64,000 bases of DNA from a virus (taxonomy: Duplodnaviria > Heunggongvirae > Uroviricota > Caudoviricetes). This document shows positions 18,591 to 29,471 of this stretch, piece after piece. The DNA is taken from the IMG/VR virus record IMGVR_UViG_3300025133_000019; one strand, written 5' to 3'. Each line of letters begins with the position of its first letter. Position 1 is the stretch's first letter. The notes below the pieces were generated by a model. The model did not search any database. It was given only the letters and a program-made list of their open reading frames with translations, and was not told the DNA's origin. The position numbers and the translations under genes were made by a program.

Positions 18591-19051
18591 TTATCTTTAA
18601 TATCTGGGATACCCGGTCAAGTGAGAATAATCAGAGTGACCAAGCAAAAAGATTTTGTTCAGAGTTTTGGTCATTTGTGGATAAAGTTTGTTGATTGTGG
18701 CACAAAGGTTTTATTTTTGTGGTAATTTAAAATTTATAAATTAGATTTCAGGGGTTCTAAAATTTCTGGTATACTAAGACTACAGATCATGGGCTGCGAA
18801 TTTATCGAAGCTCTGGTTACATAGTTCTGGGTAACCCGAGGTAGAAATAGTTTTTAGATTTCCGAGGATTTCTAGTGTTTTATGTTAGATTCATAGAATA
18901 AGGTTTCTCCAGGATTATTTTTATAAAAAAATAAAAAAAGCCGGGAAAACTCCCGGCCAAATTTTAAGCGAAACTCAAACTGGTAAACTCGTTCAAAGTT
19001 CCTTCTGGATCTATTAACTCGAACTCCTCTAGATGATCTTCTATTTCTATG

Positions 19052-19264
19052 CTACCTCCCTGGAAAGTCGGTGACTTTAAAACTAGTCCCGAACTCCTTG
19101 TTGATCTCTTGAAGAACTGATTCGTTTTCCATACAAACCACTTCACAGATATCCTCGGGATCATATGAACCCTTTAAGAGTGCTGGAACGTATAAAAGAG
19201 TTCCCTCGAATACTCCGTAGTATCCGTCTGAGAACTCTTTATACTCTAGGTCTTTTAAATTCAC
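19052..19264 (-). CDS. Hypothetical protein
   Basis: AAGGA SD before GTG. Confidence 0.6.
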   Translation of the reverse strand: MNLKDLEYKEFSDGYYGVFEGTLLYVPALLKGSYDPEDICEVVCMENESVLQEINKEFGTSFKVTDFPGR

Positions 19265-19550
19265 TTGATCCTTAAATCTTGCTTAAGTTTCCTGAGAATT
19301 TTATCAGATATCATATCTGGTTTTACTGTTTTATATTTTTTAATAAGGTCTTGCATACCCTCTCCTTTCGTATTTGGTTATACTGCTCCTGTTACCTTTA
19401 CTATCGGTAATTGTCTGCGTTTTCCTTATACCCGAGGTCTGTTTAATTCTCCTGGTTTGCACGGTTTCTCCTATAACAGTGATCTCTTCTAACACAGATC
19501 CAATTACACTGAAAAACCTGGAACGAGTCTTTTGTGGCCTGGAAATCATA

Positions 19551-20066
19551 TTAAATTCGTTTGCCATTCCATGTTCTATGGAAAAAAAGACTTCCTTTAC
19601 ACTCTCTACAAGTGTAGTTCACTCCTTTCTTGATCACTTTGTTGTGCCTTCTTATTGTGAGCACATGATCTCTACAATCACACTTATAAATAAAATTTTT
19701 CGAAAGCTTAGACTCAGGCTTAGCCATTCCAGCAAATCCTGTAGCTAGTCTTTCAGGTTTTAATCCGAACACAGCTACCATTATTGATTTCCAGGTTCGC
19801 TTATGGCCACAGTTTCCGTGTACCATGTAGTCCACAATATGAGCAACCTCATGGGGTACTGTATTGCTTAATACATACACAGGGTCAGCTTGAAGCGCCC
19901 TAGTATTTATGGTAACAACTCGTGAAATCGGTTGTGCAGTTCCTAACCGAGTATAACCACAACTCCTGATTACTAGCCTCATAGGAAATTTCTTTCCGAA
20001 ATGTTTCTCCGCTTTTTCAACGGCTTGATTAAATGCCTCGGTGCATCTTTGATTTAAATTGGTCAT
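19551..20066 (-). CDS. SprT-like zinc metalloprotease
   Basis: TVPHEVAH, GH..TWK.IM, YKCDC and YTCREC zinc ribbon; AGGAGG before ATG 20066. Confidence 0.9.
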   Translation of the reverse strand: MTNLNQRCTEAFNQAVEKAEKHFGKKFPMRLVIRSCGYTRLGTAQPISRVVTINTRALQADPVYVLSNTVPHEVAHIVDYMVHGNCGHKRTWKSIMVAVFGLKPERLATGFAGMAKPESKLSKNFIYKCDCRDHVLTIRRHNKVIKKGVNYTCRECKGSLFFHRTWNGKRI

Positions 20067-20221
20067 TACGACCTCCTTTGTATAGTTAATATCCAAGAGA
20101 TCAGGTCAAGTGGGAATAATTAAGTGAGCCAAAAACTAATTTTCACCTACAATCTTTATTCATAGAATAAGGTTACTCCAAAACAAATATATAAAAGAAA
20201 AAAGCCCTTTCGGGCTAATTT

Positions 20222-20533
20222 CTATTCCAACACAACAGTGTAATCGGTGTTTCCATCATACACTGTGTATTCACCTTCGATTTCTCCAATGTCCCCGACA
20301 TCACACCCAAGCTCCTCGCCGTGCTCACTGAACAAGACTATGTTGAAATAATTCTCATTACCGTTGGATTCGGTGTCCCTACAATTAGGAATTTGAATAT
20401 CCATTTCAAAACCGTTCTCAAATTTTCCGGTAACTTCAAACAGAATTATTCCGTCTTTCTCATTAGGTCTGCCAGCAAAAGAGTCTTGGGCCTGCAATTT
20501 TTGCAAGTCTGTTAAATGAATTACCTTTTTCAT
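20222..20533 (-). CDS. Hypothetical acidic protein
   Basis: TAATG coupling; ends at terminator. Confidence 0.7.
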   Translation of the reverse strand: MKKVIHLTDLQKLQAQDSFAGRPNEKDGIILFEVTGKFENGFEMDIQIPNCRDTESNGNENYFNIVLFSEHGEELGCDVGDIGEIEGEYTVYDGNTDYTVVLE

Positions 20534-20784
20534 TACGGATTAACGCTTGTACTGCTGATCCCGAAATGGTTAGCCCGTGCTTGAATGTATCTCAAGCCCG
20601 AGTTTGTGAGGGCAATTCGACTCTTCTCTCTTACCCCGTCGTTTGCGGTTTGGTGGAGTACCAAAATAATAGCCTCGATGACTTCGAGCTTATTTTCTTC
20701 GGTAACTTTTACAATTCCTTCCTCAGCTTCCTTTCTTGCTTTGGAAACCTTTTTTATTTTTAACTCAGTTTTTTGTTTTGCCAT
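20533..20784 (-). CDS. Hypothetical protein
   Basis: AGGAGG before ATG 20784. Confidence 0.65.
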   Translation of the reverse strand: MAKQKTELKIKKVSKARKEAEEGIVKVTEENKLEVIEAIILVLHQTANDGVREKSRIALTNSGLRYIQARANHFGISSTSVNP

Positions 20785-20973
20785 TACAGCCTCCTTTATA
20801 TAGTTAGTATTCAAGATATTAGGTCAAGTCGGAATAATCTTTTCAAAATTCAGGGATACTTAGTACAACCTTGTTATTTTCTATTATCTCTAAAAGCTGG
20901 TTTTTATCAGAATATTTATAAACACTTTCCTGTGAAAACCCATAAGAATCCTTATGGCTCAAACAATTTCCGT

Positions 20974-21248
20974 TTACATCAAATGTTTTTCCCAGGAATA
21001 CTCAATAAGTCCCTCAGATTTAAGGGTGATAACTCCGTCTTTTATTCGAGAAATAAAAGACGGATAATCAGGAGAACTGGCGAACAAATTTGCCAGCCCT
21101 GCTTGATCGGTGTCTTCGTCTAGGGTAGAGTCGAAGGGAAGAACCAAGGCTACTGTATGATCCTGATTTTCAAGATCAATCACAACACACTCTCCGCTTT
21201 TCCAGAAACTACCAAATTTTCATCCTCATATAATCCTGGTGTGTCCAT
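20974..21248 (-). pseudogene. Small gene probably frameshifted at the T4 run 21217-21220
   Basis: AAGGA-ATG at 21248; one extra A joins MDTPGLYEDEK to FGSFWKSGECVVIDLEN. Confidence 0.45.
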
Positions 21249-21296
21249 TTTATCCTTTTTTAAAAAGCAGGGGCCGAAGCCCCTGCTTAAATTATC

Positions 21297-22394
21297 TTAG
21301 TAAAGCCGTAAAAACTGTGCTTCTGCTATATCACTAGGGAGCAATTCCCGCTTGACCCTTTCCCGGTTAGGCATATCTTCAACGGGAAGTTTAGGAGCCA
21401 GAGTCAAGACTTTGAACGCCTCTTTCTCGGTATCCCTGCGCTTATCAGCAAAAGCCTCATCTTTAGCTGTGAAAGTCAGTGAGTTCCAGTAATCATAGTG
21501 AGTGTTTCCGGGCTGTCCTTTTCTAGATCTGCACCGGGGTACATCGTACTCTTCGATTACTGCATCAGCGATTTTCTTGCCTAGCTTAGCTTGGACCTTG
21601 GTGTTAAGAAACTCTAGTCTTCTGCCTTGAAGTTCCTGGTTTTGACTGGATTGAATTAATCCCGAGATCTTATCAATATTAAGATCGGCGTTTTGAACCA
21701 AATTCAAAGCCCTTGTTAACGCTTGACTGCCTACGTGCTTAACTCGTTGAGTCATGCCCTTGTCGGCAATAATCATACCATTCAAACAAATCAGCCTTAA
21801 CAGGATCAAACTGTAGGAACAGGACATTTTACCCGCCATGCCATTAGAAACTTCGTGGCCGACTTTCATGATATCCCCTACTTGTCTGTCCTCATTACTT
21901 ATAACTACAGGATTAGCTGGCATGGCTATAATCCTGGTATTTAATCCCTTAATACCTAGCGACTCAATCGAAGCTCCAGTATTCTGAGATATATAATGCT
22001 CTAGAACATCAGGAGTAGGAATTTCACCGTAGCTATCTGTGACTACGCCTTCAATTCTATCACCCTGAGCAATAAATCGGAGCCTGTCATCGTCAAGAGC
22101 CTTTTGCATTTTATTATTAAGTAGTGCGGTAATATGATCTGAATCATGATCGTATTGATCTAGCACGGTTCTAGCGTTCCATCCTAGAAAAGTAGCAAAG
22201 GCCACAAAACCGTTTTCGGTAAATTTCAGTTCACCGTTAACCAGTCCTTCATCACTAATGAATCCATCAAGCCCAGGATTTACTAGTGCCACATTATTAA
22301 ATTCTTCATGCAATACGCTTCTGACTTCGTCAATAGTTGGCTTAATCAGGCTGATATTACTGGATTTTGCGTTGATTAGTCTTGGCTCTGTCAT
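21297..22394 (-). CDS. DUF932-like protein
   Basis: G..VSNG..G...LRLICLNGM...H; AGGAGG SD; two tandem promoter-A copies upstream. Confidence 0.7.
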   Translation of the reverse strand: MTEPRLINAKSSNISLIKPTIDEVRSVLHEEFNNVALVNPGLDGFISDEGLVNGELKFTENGFVAFATFLGWNARTVLDQYDHDSDHITALLNNKMQKALDDDRLRFIAQGDRIEGVVTDSYGEIPTPDVLEHYISQNTGASIESLGIKGLNTRIIAMPANPVVISNEDRQVGDIMKVGHEVSNGMAGKMSCSYSLILLRLICLNGMIIADKGMTQRVKHVGSQALTRALNLVQNADLNIDKISGLIQSSQNQELQGRRLEFLNTKVQAKLGKKIADAVIEEYDVPRCRSRKGQPGNTHYDYWNSLTFTAKDEAFADKRRDTEKEAFKVLTLAPKLPVEDMPNRERVKRELLPSDIAEAQFLRLY

Positions 22395-22691
22395 TTCGTT
22401 TCCTCCTAGGAAATAGTTATTACTTTCATTAATAGTAGCACAGATACTCGGTCAAGTGAGAATAATCGAGTGAAATAAATTTATTTTTAAAGTAAAAATT
22501 ATTTCTAGGTTATCTCGTATCTAGTATTCGAGATAACAGGTCAAGTGAGAATAATTAAGTGAAATAAATTTATTTTTCAAGCAGGTAAAATTCGGGGCTC
22601 TATAATTTGTTTCATAGAATAAGGTAACTCCAAAAAAGATTTTTTAGAGAAATAAAAAAAGCCGGGAAATTAATCCCGGCCCAATCTATTC

Positions 22692-22934
22692 CTAATCCTT
22701 TTGAATTTCGGAATCTATAAGAAGTTGAATAAGATCTGGGTCACCTGTTAAAACTTCTTTAAATTCTTGAGCATCCATTTGTTGGTAGAATGTTTCTAAA
22801 AGGTCAGTAGCAAAAGTTAAAAGGTCTTCGGCTTGACTAAAAGACTCCACTTTTAGTCTTGCTAACCGCCTTTTATAACCCTTAGATTCTAGTTCATACG
22901 GAATACTGTTTATAATCAATTCTTTAAGACTCAT
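22692..22934 (-). CDS. Hypothetical protein
   Basis: GGAGG SD; ends at terminator. Confidence 0.7.
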   Translation of the reverse strand: MSLKELIINSIPYELESKGYKRRLARLKVESFSQAEDLLTFATDLLETFYQQMDAQEFKEVLTGDPDLIQLLIDSEIQKD

Positions 22935-23346
22935 TTTGAAAACCTCCAGCTAAATGCTCGTCGCAACCTTCTCCGGTAAAACAATCTTGACCGCAATACT
23001 CGCAGACATGAGGATCACCAAAAAACAAAGCAGGTTCTGGTGTAGACACAGGATAAATTGGGTCTACGATTGTTTGCATTTCAGAGTATCTTTCAGGATT
23101 GATAACTAATCCGTCTGTATTCCTGTGAGCATGAACAATGGGATCTCCACCCTCTTGCCCGTAGACATGAACCGCAGGAATACCGTTATGAATTTCAATA
23201 ATGGCTTCCATGAATAAGCCGGTTTCTTTGTTCTTTGTAATAACTGAAACCGAACTCTCTAAAAGTTCTATTTTTAAATCGTATATATCTGGATTCCCGT
23301 TTTCCTTGGTATTCCAGTCTTTGATCTGTTTAGAAATTATGTTCAT
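22924..23346 (-). CDS. Hypothetical protein with C-terminal Cys cluster
   Basis: CEYCGQDC...CDEH. Confidence 0.7.
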   Translation of the reverse strand: MNIISKQIKDWNTKENGNPDIYDLKIELLESSVSVITKNKETGLFMEAIIEIHNGIPAVHVYGQEGGDPIVHAHRNTDGLVINPERYSEMQTIVDPIYPVSTPEPALFFGDPHVCEYCGQDCFTGEGCDEHLAGGFQNES

Positions 23347-23357
23347 ACTATTCTCCT

Positions 23358-24029
23358 TTATGCGACTAAATCAAAAGTTTCATCGTTCATATTAATTTCT
23401 AGATCTTTAAAGCAATCAGCTTCATAGTCAATATATTTGTTGAGGATATCTGATATGATATCCTCAGCGTTTTTGTCGTTGATGTTCCCTAATACCGGAG
23501 CTTCTAAGCAACCGCAAAAATGAATATTCCCTGTAGGTGTAACTCTGGGAGTATTACAGGCACAGCCCTTTATGGGTCCCCAATCGCTAGCACGTCCAGT
23601 TGCTATAACTCGGTCACCTTCAATACGTCGAATTCCTGTAGATCCTATTCGCTTAGAATAAAAATCTAGGACTTCATCAGAAATAGGGTCATGGAAATCT
23701 GTTTGTGATAACTCAACATGAAGTATGTCAGCCCTTCCCATTTTTCCTAGGCGTAAAGCTCTTTCCTTAACTTTACCATTAGTTACCACTAAAACTTTCA
23801 CGTCATCAAAATTATAGGCGTTATAGCTTAACGCTAATCCCAAGAGTTCAAAAAACTGGGGGTGAAGTGTGGGCTCCCCGCCTCCAATAGTACAACGAGA
23901 TTCATAGTTAGCAAACAATTTCAATGCTCGTTCCGCTGTTTTGAGAGTCATTATGTCGCCTTTAGATTCACAGGCAAAACAACAATGTTCGCAGGTCATG
24001 TTACATTTCGTAGTAATTTGTAAATACAT
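23358..24029 (-). CDS. Radical SAM protein
   Basis: CNMTCEHC, GGGEPTLHP, VTNG; C-terminal GNIHFCGC. Confidence 0.92.
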   Translation of the reverse strand: MYLQITTKCNMTCEHCCFACESKGDIMTLKTAERALKLFANYESRCTIGGGEPTLHPQFFELLGLALSYNAYNFDDVKVLVVTNGKVKERALRLGKMGRADILHVELSQTDFHDPISDEVLDFYSKRIGSTGIRRIEGDRVIATGRASDWGPIKGCACNTPRVTPTGNIHFCGCLEAPVLGNINDKNAEDIISDILNKYIDYEADCFKDLEINMNDETFDLVA

Positions 24030-24217
24030 TATTCCGAATCCTTTCTGGTTAGTGTTCTTATAACTAGTACTCGGAATAACAGGTCAAGTTAGAATAATTA
24101 AGTGAAATAAATTTATTTTTTAAATCAGTTAGCTAAACTTTTGATCATAGAATAAGGTAACTCCAAAAAAAGATTTTTTAGGGAAATAAAAAAACCGGGT
24201 TTCCCCGGCTTTCATTG

Positions 24218-24520
24218 TTACTCTGTATCTTCCATGAATTCCTCTGCTGGAATATCTTTATCATAATCCCTATAAATGCCTCCGTCTTTAGGAATACATT
24301 CATCGGCTTCGATATGAACTAAAGGATCTTCGGCGTTACTAACTACGTAAATCCTTCCCCCGAAATGCTCAGTAATCACTTCCGCAATTCCATAAGTAAA
24401 CCTTTTCATTTGATCTGCATCATCAATATAGTCAACCGATTTCTTAACAATCTCGGCCAATTCATCCATATTCAAAACTTTAGATCCCATTCTACTCACC
24501 TCCGATTTCTTCTGAGGCAT
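24218..24520 (-). CDS. Hypothetical protein (start likely 24490)
   Basis: GGAGG SD; ends at terminator. Confidence 0.65.
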   Translation of the reverse strand: MPQKKSEVSRMGSKVLNMDELAEIVKKSVDYIDDADQMKRFTYGIAEVITEHFGGRIYVVSNAEDPLVHIEADECIPKDGGIYRDYDKDIPAEEFMEDTE

Positions 24521-24863
24521 CTAGATCAACTTCAAAAGAATCATCTAAGTACTCACCTTGAGGTAGCCCCACGTTAGAACCATGTGCTTTTTTGATTGCA
24601 TCTTCCAAAGAATCGCCTTCTATTTCTAGGGTTCCGTACATCTGCCAAGCACAAGCAAGCCGGAAAACCTTCTTAGGCAGTAATTCGACAATCTCGAATG
24701 TTTTAGTAATTCTCTCCCTTCTCTCCAAGTAGAAATTTTTAATCCTTTCAATTGCGTCTAAGGCTTCTTGTTCGGTATCATAGGGAATCTTTTCTGAGGT
24801 TTCTCCCCCTGTAATAATCAACATAAATTTATCGGGTTTAACAGGTATTGTTTTATTCTTCAT
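24492..24863 (-). CDS. Hypothetical protein, C-terminal DpnD/PcfM-like motif
   Basis: TLEIEGDSLEDAIKKA. Confidence 0.65.
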   Translation of the reverse strand: MKNKTIPVKPDKFMLIITGGETSEKIPYDTEQEALDAIERIKNFYLERRERITKTFEIVELLPKKVFRLACAWQMYGTLEIEGDSLEDAIKKAHGSNVGLPQGEYLDDSFEVDLDASEEIGGE

Positions 24864-25044
24864 TTCGTTTCCTTTCTATACAGCCTTCTACTTCGTAGTC
24901 AGCATCAAAAGCGGCAGGGAATTCTACATCTCCCGAAACATCCAGAGCTTTTCTAGACGCTTCCTCTGCGTTATCTGCTGGAATAGCTAAGGTTAGTTTT
25001 TGATATGCTGTCCTTGTAACAAGGACTTCAAAAGTTTTACTCAT
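24853..25044 (-). CDS. DpnD/PcfM-like small protein
   Basis: FEVLVTRT..LAIPADNAEEASRKA. Confidence 0.6.
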   Translation of the reverse strand: MSKTFEVLVTRTAYQKLTLAIPADNAEEASRKALDVSGDVEFPAAFDADYEVEGCIERKRNEE

Positions 25045-25535
25045 ATTAACCCCCAGTCTAACACAGTACTAGCGGAACAATTAGATTGCTTCTCATTATT
25101 GAAAACGAAGCCAGCTTTTTCGGCTCCAATATGTAAAGGGTTCTTACTTTTTTCTAGAATTCCTAGTTCCATCAGTTTCTTATTCGCTACTTCGATATAA
25201 TGGGAATCATACCCGTATTGATACGGCAAAGATGCAACCAAAATACCGCCCACAGTTATCCTAGCTGAAAAACTAGAGTTTCCTGTACTATCAAAACATT
25301 CCATAGCAATAACCGAGATAACAGGAGCCTTAAAAGACTTTGTTTCAATAATACTAGGGTCAAGCTCTACAGCTTTTTTAGTGTAAGGATTGAAAACTTC
25401 GTTGGAATCGTGCAACCAAGAAGACTCTACTCCAAAAAGTTTTCCGGTTTCATCTTTCCTGATTTCCAGTCTTACGACTTTCCCGGTTTCCGGGTCTACA
25501 ATTCCAGCGGTTTCTATATACACAGAATCCATCAT
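25041..25535 (-). CDS. Hypothetical phage protein
   Basis: GNSSFSARIT...LPYQYGYDSHY motif. Confidence 0.7.
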   Translation of the reverse strand: MMDSVYIETAGIVDPETGKVVRLEIRKDETGKLFGVESSWLHDSNEVFNPYTKKAVELDPSIIETKSFKAPVISVIAMECFDSTGNSSFSARITVGGILVASLPYQYGYDSHYIEVANKKLMELGILEKSKNPLHIGAEKAGFVFNNEKQSNCSASTVLDWGLI

Positions 25536-25543
25536 TCCCCCCC

Positions 25544-25912
25544 CTATCCAAAAATTATTTCACCAAATAATAATACTTGTACAAACACGTCAGCAGCTTC
25601 AGAGTCATAGCTAACATCTATGATGCTATCAATATGACGTTTAGGAACCTTGCTCAAATGCACTAAGTTTTTGAAATTGTCCTGGGTAAAAATCCAGGTA
25701 TCATCAGATTCAGCGTCTGAAAATTCAATCGCAAAATCCTCTTGGCTCCAAAATCTTAGATTGTTATACCAGATACGATTCCTGGAAGAATGAACTTCTG
25801 TGCGAAGTATCCTAACCGATTTACACCAATGACTAATTCCGCCTTCAAATGCTGTGATAAACAGTCCTGGTAACAGAGCTGTTATATCTGTAGTTATTTC
25901 AAATTTCTTCAT
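25544..25912 (-). CDS. Conserved phage hypothetical protein
   Basis: TAFEGGISHWC...DSEAADVFVQVLLFGEIIFG. Confidence 0.75.
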   Translation of the reverse strand: MKKFEITTDITALLPGLFITAFEGGISHWCKSVRILRTEVHSSRNRIWYNNLRFWSQEDFAIEFSDAESDDTWIFTQDNFKNLVHLSKVPKRHIDSIIDVSYDSEAADVFVQVLLFGEIIFG

Positions 25913-26111
25913 CCCGAATTCCTTTCTAGTTAGTGTTCTCTCATACTTAATAGTCGAGATAACAGGTCAAGTGAGAATAATTAAGTGAAATAAATTTATT
26001 TTTCAAGCAGGTAAAATTCGGGGCTCTATAATTTGTTTCATAGAATAAGGTAACTCCAAAAAAGATTTTTTAGAGAAATAAAAAAAGCCGGAAAATTAAT
26101 CCCGGCTTTCC

Positions 26112-26454
26112 TCATTCTTTTCCAAACCATCCAGACACGCTTCCAATATAGGATTTGTGAATTCTTAAGTAAGTCCAGGCCAAGAAACAAAACCTTAGTG
26201 CATCAGATTTGCTAGGCTCTTCGAGAAACTCATTGAACAAAGAAATCAACTCTGTTTTAGCTTCCTTCAATGCAGCCTTTCTTGCACCCGAAAAATTTGC
26301 GTATTCCTTTCCGGGAATACTCCCTAGAAATCCATACCTAATTTGAAACTTATTAGACCCATTATACCAAAAACCGTTAAAGTCTTTGTCTGTATATAAT
26401 TCGTCTGTATCGTGGTGGACACAATCATATAAAACATGGGAAAAAGTTTTTCAT
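26112..26454 (-). pseudogene. ~113-codon frame separated from its ATG by an extra base in the T5 run 26447-26451
   Basis: ATGA overlap at 26454; open frame KTFSHVLYDC... runs to the terminator. Confidence 0.5.
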
Positions 26455-27524
26455 TGGCTCGCCTCAATTCCTAGTGACTTAATAAGCTCCAGGGTCGCAG
26501 GAGTTTCACGAGCATACCAGATTTTCTTTCCTCGATGCCATCGAAATCTATTCTCTTTCAATGCTGAGAGCACTTGAAGTTCTGGTTTACCCGGAAACTT
26601 AACTTCGATTCCGTTTTTATCGGGATTCCTTGTAACCTGAATACCAGTTGGCTCGATACTTCCAATGGACTCATGTTCTGTTTGTTTAGCTGATTCTAGA
26701 TAACCTCGAAACGGTCTAACCGCTTTGGTGTAAGAGTCGTGCCTAATTTCAAAGGAAAACCCTACTTCCTGCACCCCTGTTCTGTAAACAGTTGCAGTAA
26801 TGGTCCCCTGAGTTTTAACAGAATCTAAAAAATTACCGTGGCCCATTGAATACTTCTGAGTGTGCCAAGAAAAAGCAATATTTTTTAGTTCTTCAAATCT
26901 CTCAAGAACTCTTCGTAATGAAGACTCGTCTTCTCGTCCTTTAGGAATAATCCCTAGTAGCAAAGGTACTCCAATGCTGGCATGACTATCAAAATAATCA
27001 GTCATTACATCGGAGTTATCGTAAGTCACCTTAAGTATAACAGCCCTTTGGCCTTCTGGAATACTGATTAATTCCGAGGAATCAGCGAACTCAGCCAGAA
27101 ACCTGTCTAGTTTTTCTTTAGCTCGTGCTTCCAAAACTTTCCTGGTTTCTTGGGCTTCAAGATTTTTCTTGTCATATTCCTCTTGAGTTTGTCTATTATC
27201 TTCAATGGGCATATGATCGTCTTGAATTTCCTTGACTTTTTGAGCCACTTCAAGAAGTAATTCTAGAGTAACCTTTTTGCCCCGGACAAAGTCAAAAAGA
27301 TCATTAGATTTCTTAAGCCATCCTTGCTCATCTCTAACAGACCTAGTAGATCCTACCATCATACATACAGTTGAAGACTCGTCTACATCCTTAATGCCCC
27401 GTAATTCTCTTCTGAACGAATTAAGTCTTTCAACATTCCGAAGCATACTAGAAAGAGCTTTTAAATCCTTTTTTAACCCCTGGAATTCTTCGATATGATG
27501 GAAAAATTTAATATTTTGTTTCAT
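26451..27524 (-). CDS. Phage protein with a C-terminal domain found in polyvalent proteins
   Basis: NPDKNGIEVKFPGKP...LKENRFRWHRGKKIWYA; DNSDVMTDYFD. Confidence 0.75.
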   Translation of the reverse strand: MKQNIKFFHHIEEFQGLKKDLKALSSMLRNVERLNSFRRELRGIKDVDESSTVCMMVGSTRSVRDEQGWLKKSNDLFDFVRGKKVTLELLLEVAQKVKEIQDDHMPIEDNRQTQEEYDKKNLEAQETRKVLEARAKEKLDRFLAEFADSSELISIPEGQRAVILKVTYDNSDVMTDYFDSHASIGVPLLLGIIPKGREDESSLRRVLERFEELKNIAFSWHTQKYSMGHGNFLDSVKTQGTITATVYRTGVQEVGFSFEIRHDSYTKAVRPFRGYLESAKQTEHESIGSIEPTGIQVTRNPDKNGIEVKFPGKPELQVLSALKENRFRWHRGKKIWYARETPATLELIKSLGIEASQ

Positions 27525-27888
27525 TGGTTTCCTTTCTGTAAATCCATTTTGGATATAATAGTTGGTATTCCTGGTTTATATAAACCCTGTAAAGCGTCCT
27601 GAATCCCTGATAATCTAGGTAATCCTATTTTCAAATTGTTTCGTACTAAATCTAGGCGTATCATGTCGCCCCCTTTCATACTTAATAATCAAGATATCTG
27701 GTCAAGGGGGAATAATTAAGTGAAATAAATTTAATTTTTAAGTTAAACTCTGTCTTAATTCTTGTTCATAGAGTAAGGTAACTCCAAAAAAGATTTTTTA
27801 GAAAAATAAAAAAGACCGGGAAATTAATCCCGGCCCTGTTTAATTTTAGAGTTCAATAAAATCTGGTTCAATATTAAAAGTATCCCCG

Positions 27889-28071
27889 TCACCTTCTCCG
27901 GTATCCCCAAAAATACTCTTCGAGCACAGCATCCAACTTATCCTCGGTATTGACACGCTCCTCTAACTCTTCATCAGAAAGATTAGTATCAAATTCGATT
28001 TGCTCTCTGTAAAACTTTTCTTTCACTTCAAACACATGGATTCCCACAAAAATCTTATGCTCTTGCATCAT
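27889..28071 (-). CDS. Hypothetical protein
   Basis: GAGGA SD. Confidence 0.55.
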   Translation of the reverse strand: MMQEHKIFVGIHVFEVKEKFYREQIEFDTNLSDEELEERVNTEDKLDAVLEEYFWGYRRR

Positions 28072-28257
28072 TCCTCTTCCTCTGCGTTAATTCGTGCATA
28101 CAAAAATGGGGTCTGTCCTGATTCTGTTACTAAAACAGCTTTCCAGAAATCCCCTTGACTATCACTTATTAGTGCCGAAGTTTTTCATGTTCCCTCCGGC
28201 AGTTCTAAAATTTTTTCTGCTAATTCTTGGAGTGTCATTTAGTACCTCCTGTTGTAC

Positions 28258-28608
28258 TCATGGTTGCAATCCTAGTTTAGCCCGGAATTTAGGATCTTTA
28301 ACTTGAACAAATCCCACAGAATTTATAACCCACAAAGCCCTAAGAAACCCATCTTCAACCTCTGCTACTAGGTCACCTATCACCGAACTTCTTTGGTGAT
28401 CGGGCTTTCTTCCCAGATAAGTAACTTCTGGATTATTTGTCCAGGAGCCATCCCAGTTTTGAGTGAGGCTATAGACATTGTCTAGTGAATCAGTTTCGAT
28501 TCTCCCTACTAAGTCATACTTAATAGACTTGAGCTTGTCAATTCCTTCGTCCTTAAACCAGTGGGATTCTCTGGTATCCTGCGAATGAAAAAGTATAAAT
28601 GCTAGCAT
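28258..28608 (-). CDS. YodL-like protein
   Basis: LDNVYSLTQN...RSSVIGDLV...INSVGF. Confidence 0.6.
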   Translation of the reverse strand: MLAFILFHSQDTRESHWFKDEGIDKLKSIKYDLVGRIETDSLDNVYSLTQNWDGSWTNNPEVTYLGRKPDHQRSSVIGDLVAEVEDGFLRALWVINSVGFVQVKDPKFRAKLGLQP

Positions 28609-28629
28609 TCCGCCTCCTGTTAATTATGT

Positions 28630-29107
28630 TTACTCAAAACTCCACTCATTTGTTAATTCAATTATCCTGTTAGTGATGTAAAGAGGAACTTCCCTATCAG
28701 AATCTACCATGTCAGCCAAAGAGATTCCAAGATTCCCAAGATCTGTATCAGACTCTAGATCCGCTCTTGTAAAGAAATGCTTTTCAATTGCATCAAAATA
28801 CATTCCTAATTCAGCGAAAAACTCAAATGACTCGGGAACTTCTCTGATTAATCTTTGCTCGGAGAATCTTACGAACAAATCCTTTGCTTCCTCGGTAACA
28901 ATGGTTACAATGATATTAGGCGTGTTAATAGCTCCAGCAGGCTTTGTTACCCCCCTCAAAAAATCGCTGAAAGTTTTCAGTCCATCAGGATCTTTTGTTT
29001 TATCTCTAAAAAAAATTTCTCGTAATGTTCTCTCTTGCTGTTTTCCTGATTTCTGTTAGCAGAGAATTGACTCTCTTTGTATGTTGTTGCACATAATTAG
29101 TGCCCAT
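28630..29107 (-). pseudogene. Gene frameshifted in the A8 run 29008-29015
   Basis: Removing one base joins MGTNYVQQ...RNFF to RDKTKDPDG...LRGVTKPAG. Confidence 0.55.
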
Positions 29108-29109
29108 CT

Positions 29110-29301
29110 CTAAATCCTCCCTAACAGAAATCCTACTGTCAAAGCTATGCCGTACTCAAGGGCAATACACCCTACTGCAATTGCTTTAGCCTTCGGCTCT
29201 AACTCAATGAAATTACTGATCCCAGCCAGAAATGTGTTCAATACGACTTTAAAACTTGTTGTCCAATTCATTATTTTCCTTTCGTTTAATTGTTCTCTCA
29301 T
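29110..29301 (-). CDS. Small membrane protein (start likely MNWTT)
   Basis: Hydrophobic C-terminus; AAGGA SD. Confidence 0.6.
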   Translation of the reverse strand: MREQLNERKIMNWTTSFKVVLNTFLAGISNFIELEPKAKAIAVGCIALEYGIALTVGFLLGRI

Positions 29302-29471
29302 ACTTAATAGCCTAGATACCGGGTCAAGTGAGAATAATCAAGTGAAAAACTATTTTTAACTCTTGGTATCACAGCTTAAATTTTCTTCATAGAATAAGGT
29401 AACTCCAGGATTGTTTTTTCAAAAAATAAAAATAAAAATAAAAAAATACCGGGAAATTAATCCCGGCATGA

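Larger units (their letters stand above)
22528..26106. repeat. 153-bp near-identical direct repeat (22528-22680 and 25954-26106): promoter A, box B and terminator
   Basis: One mismatch on manual comparison. Confidence 0.9.
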
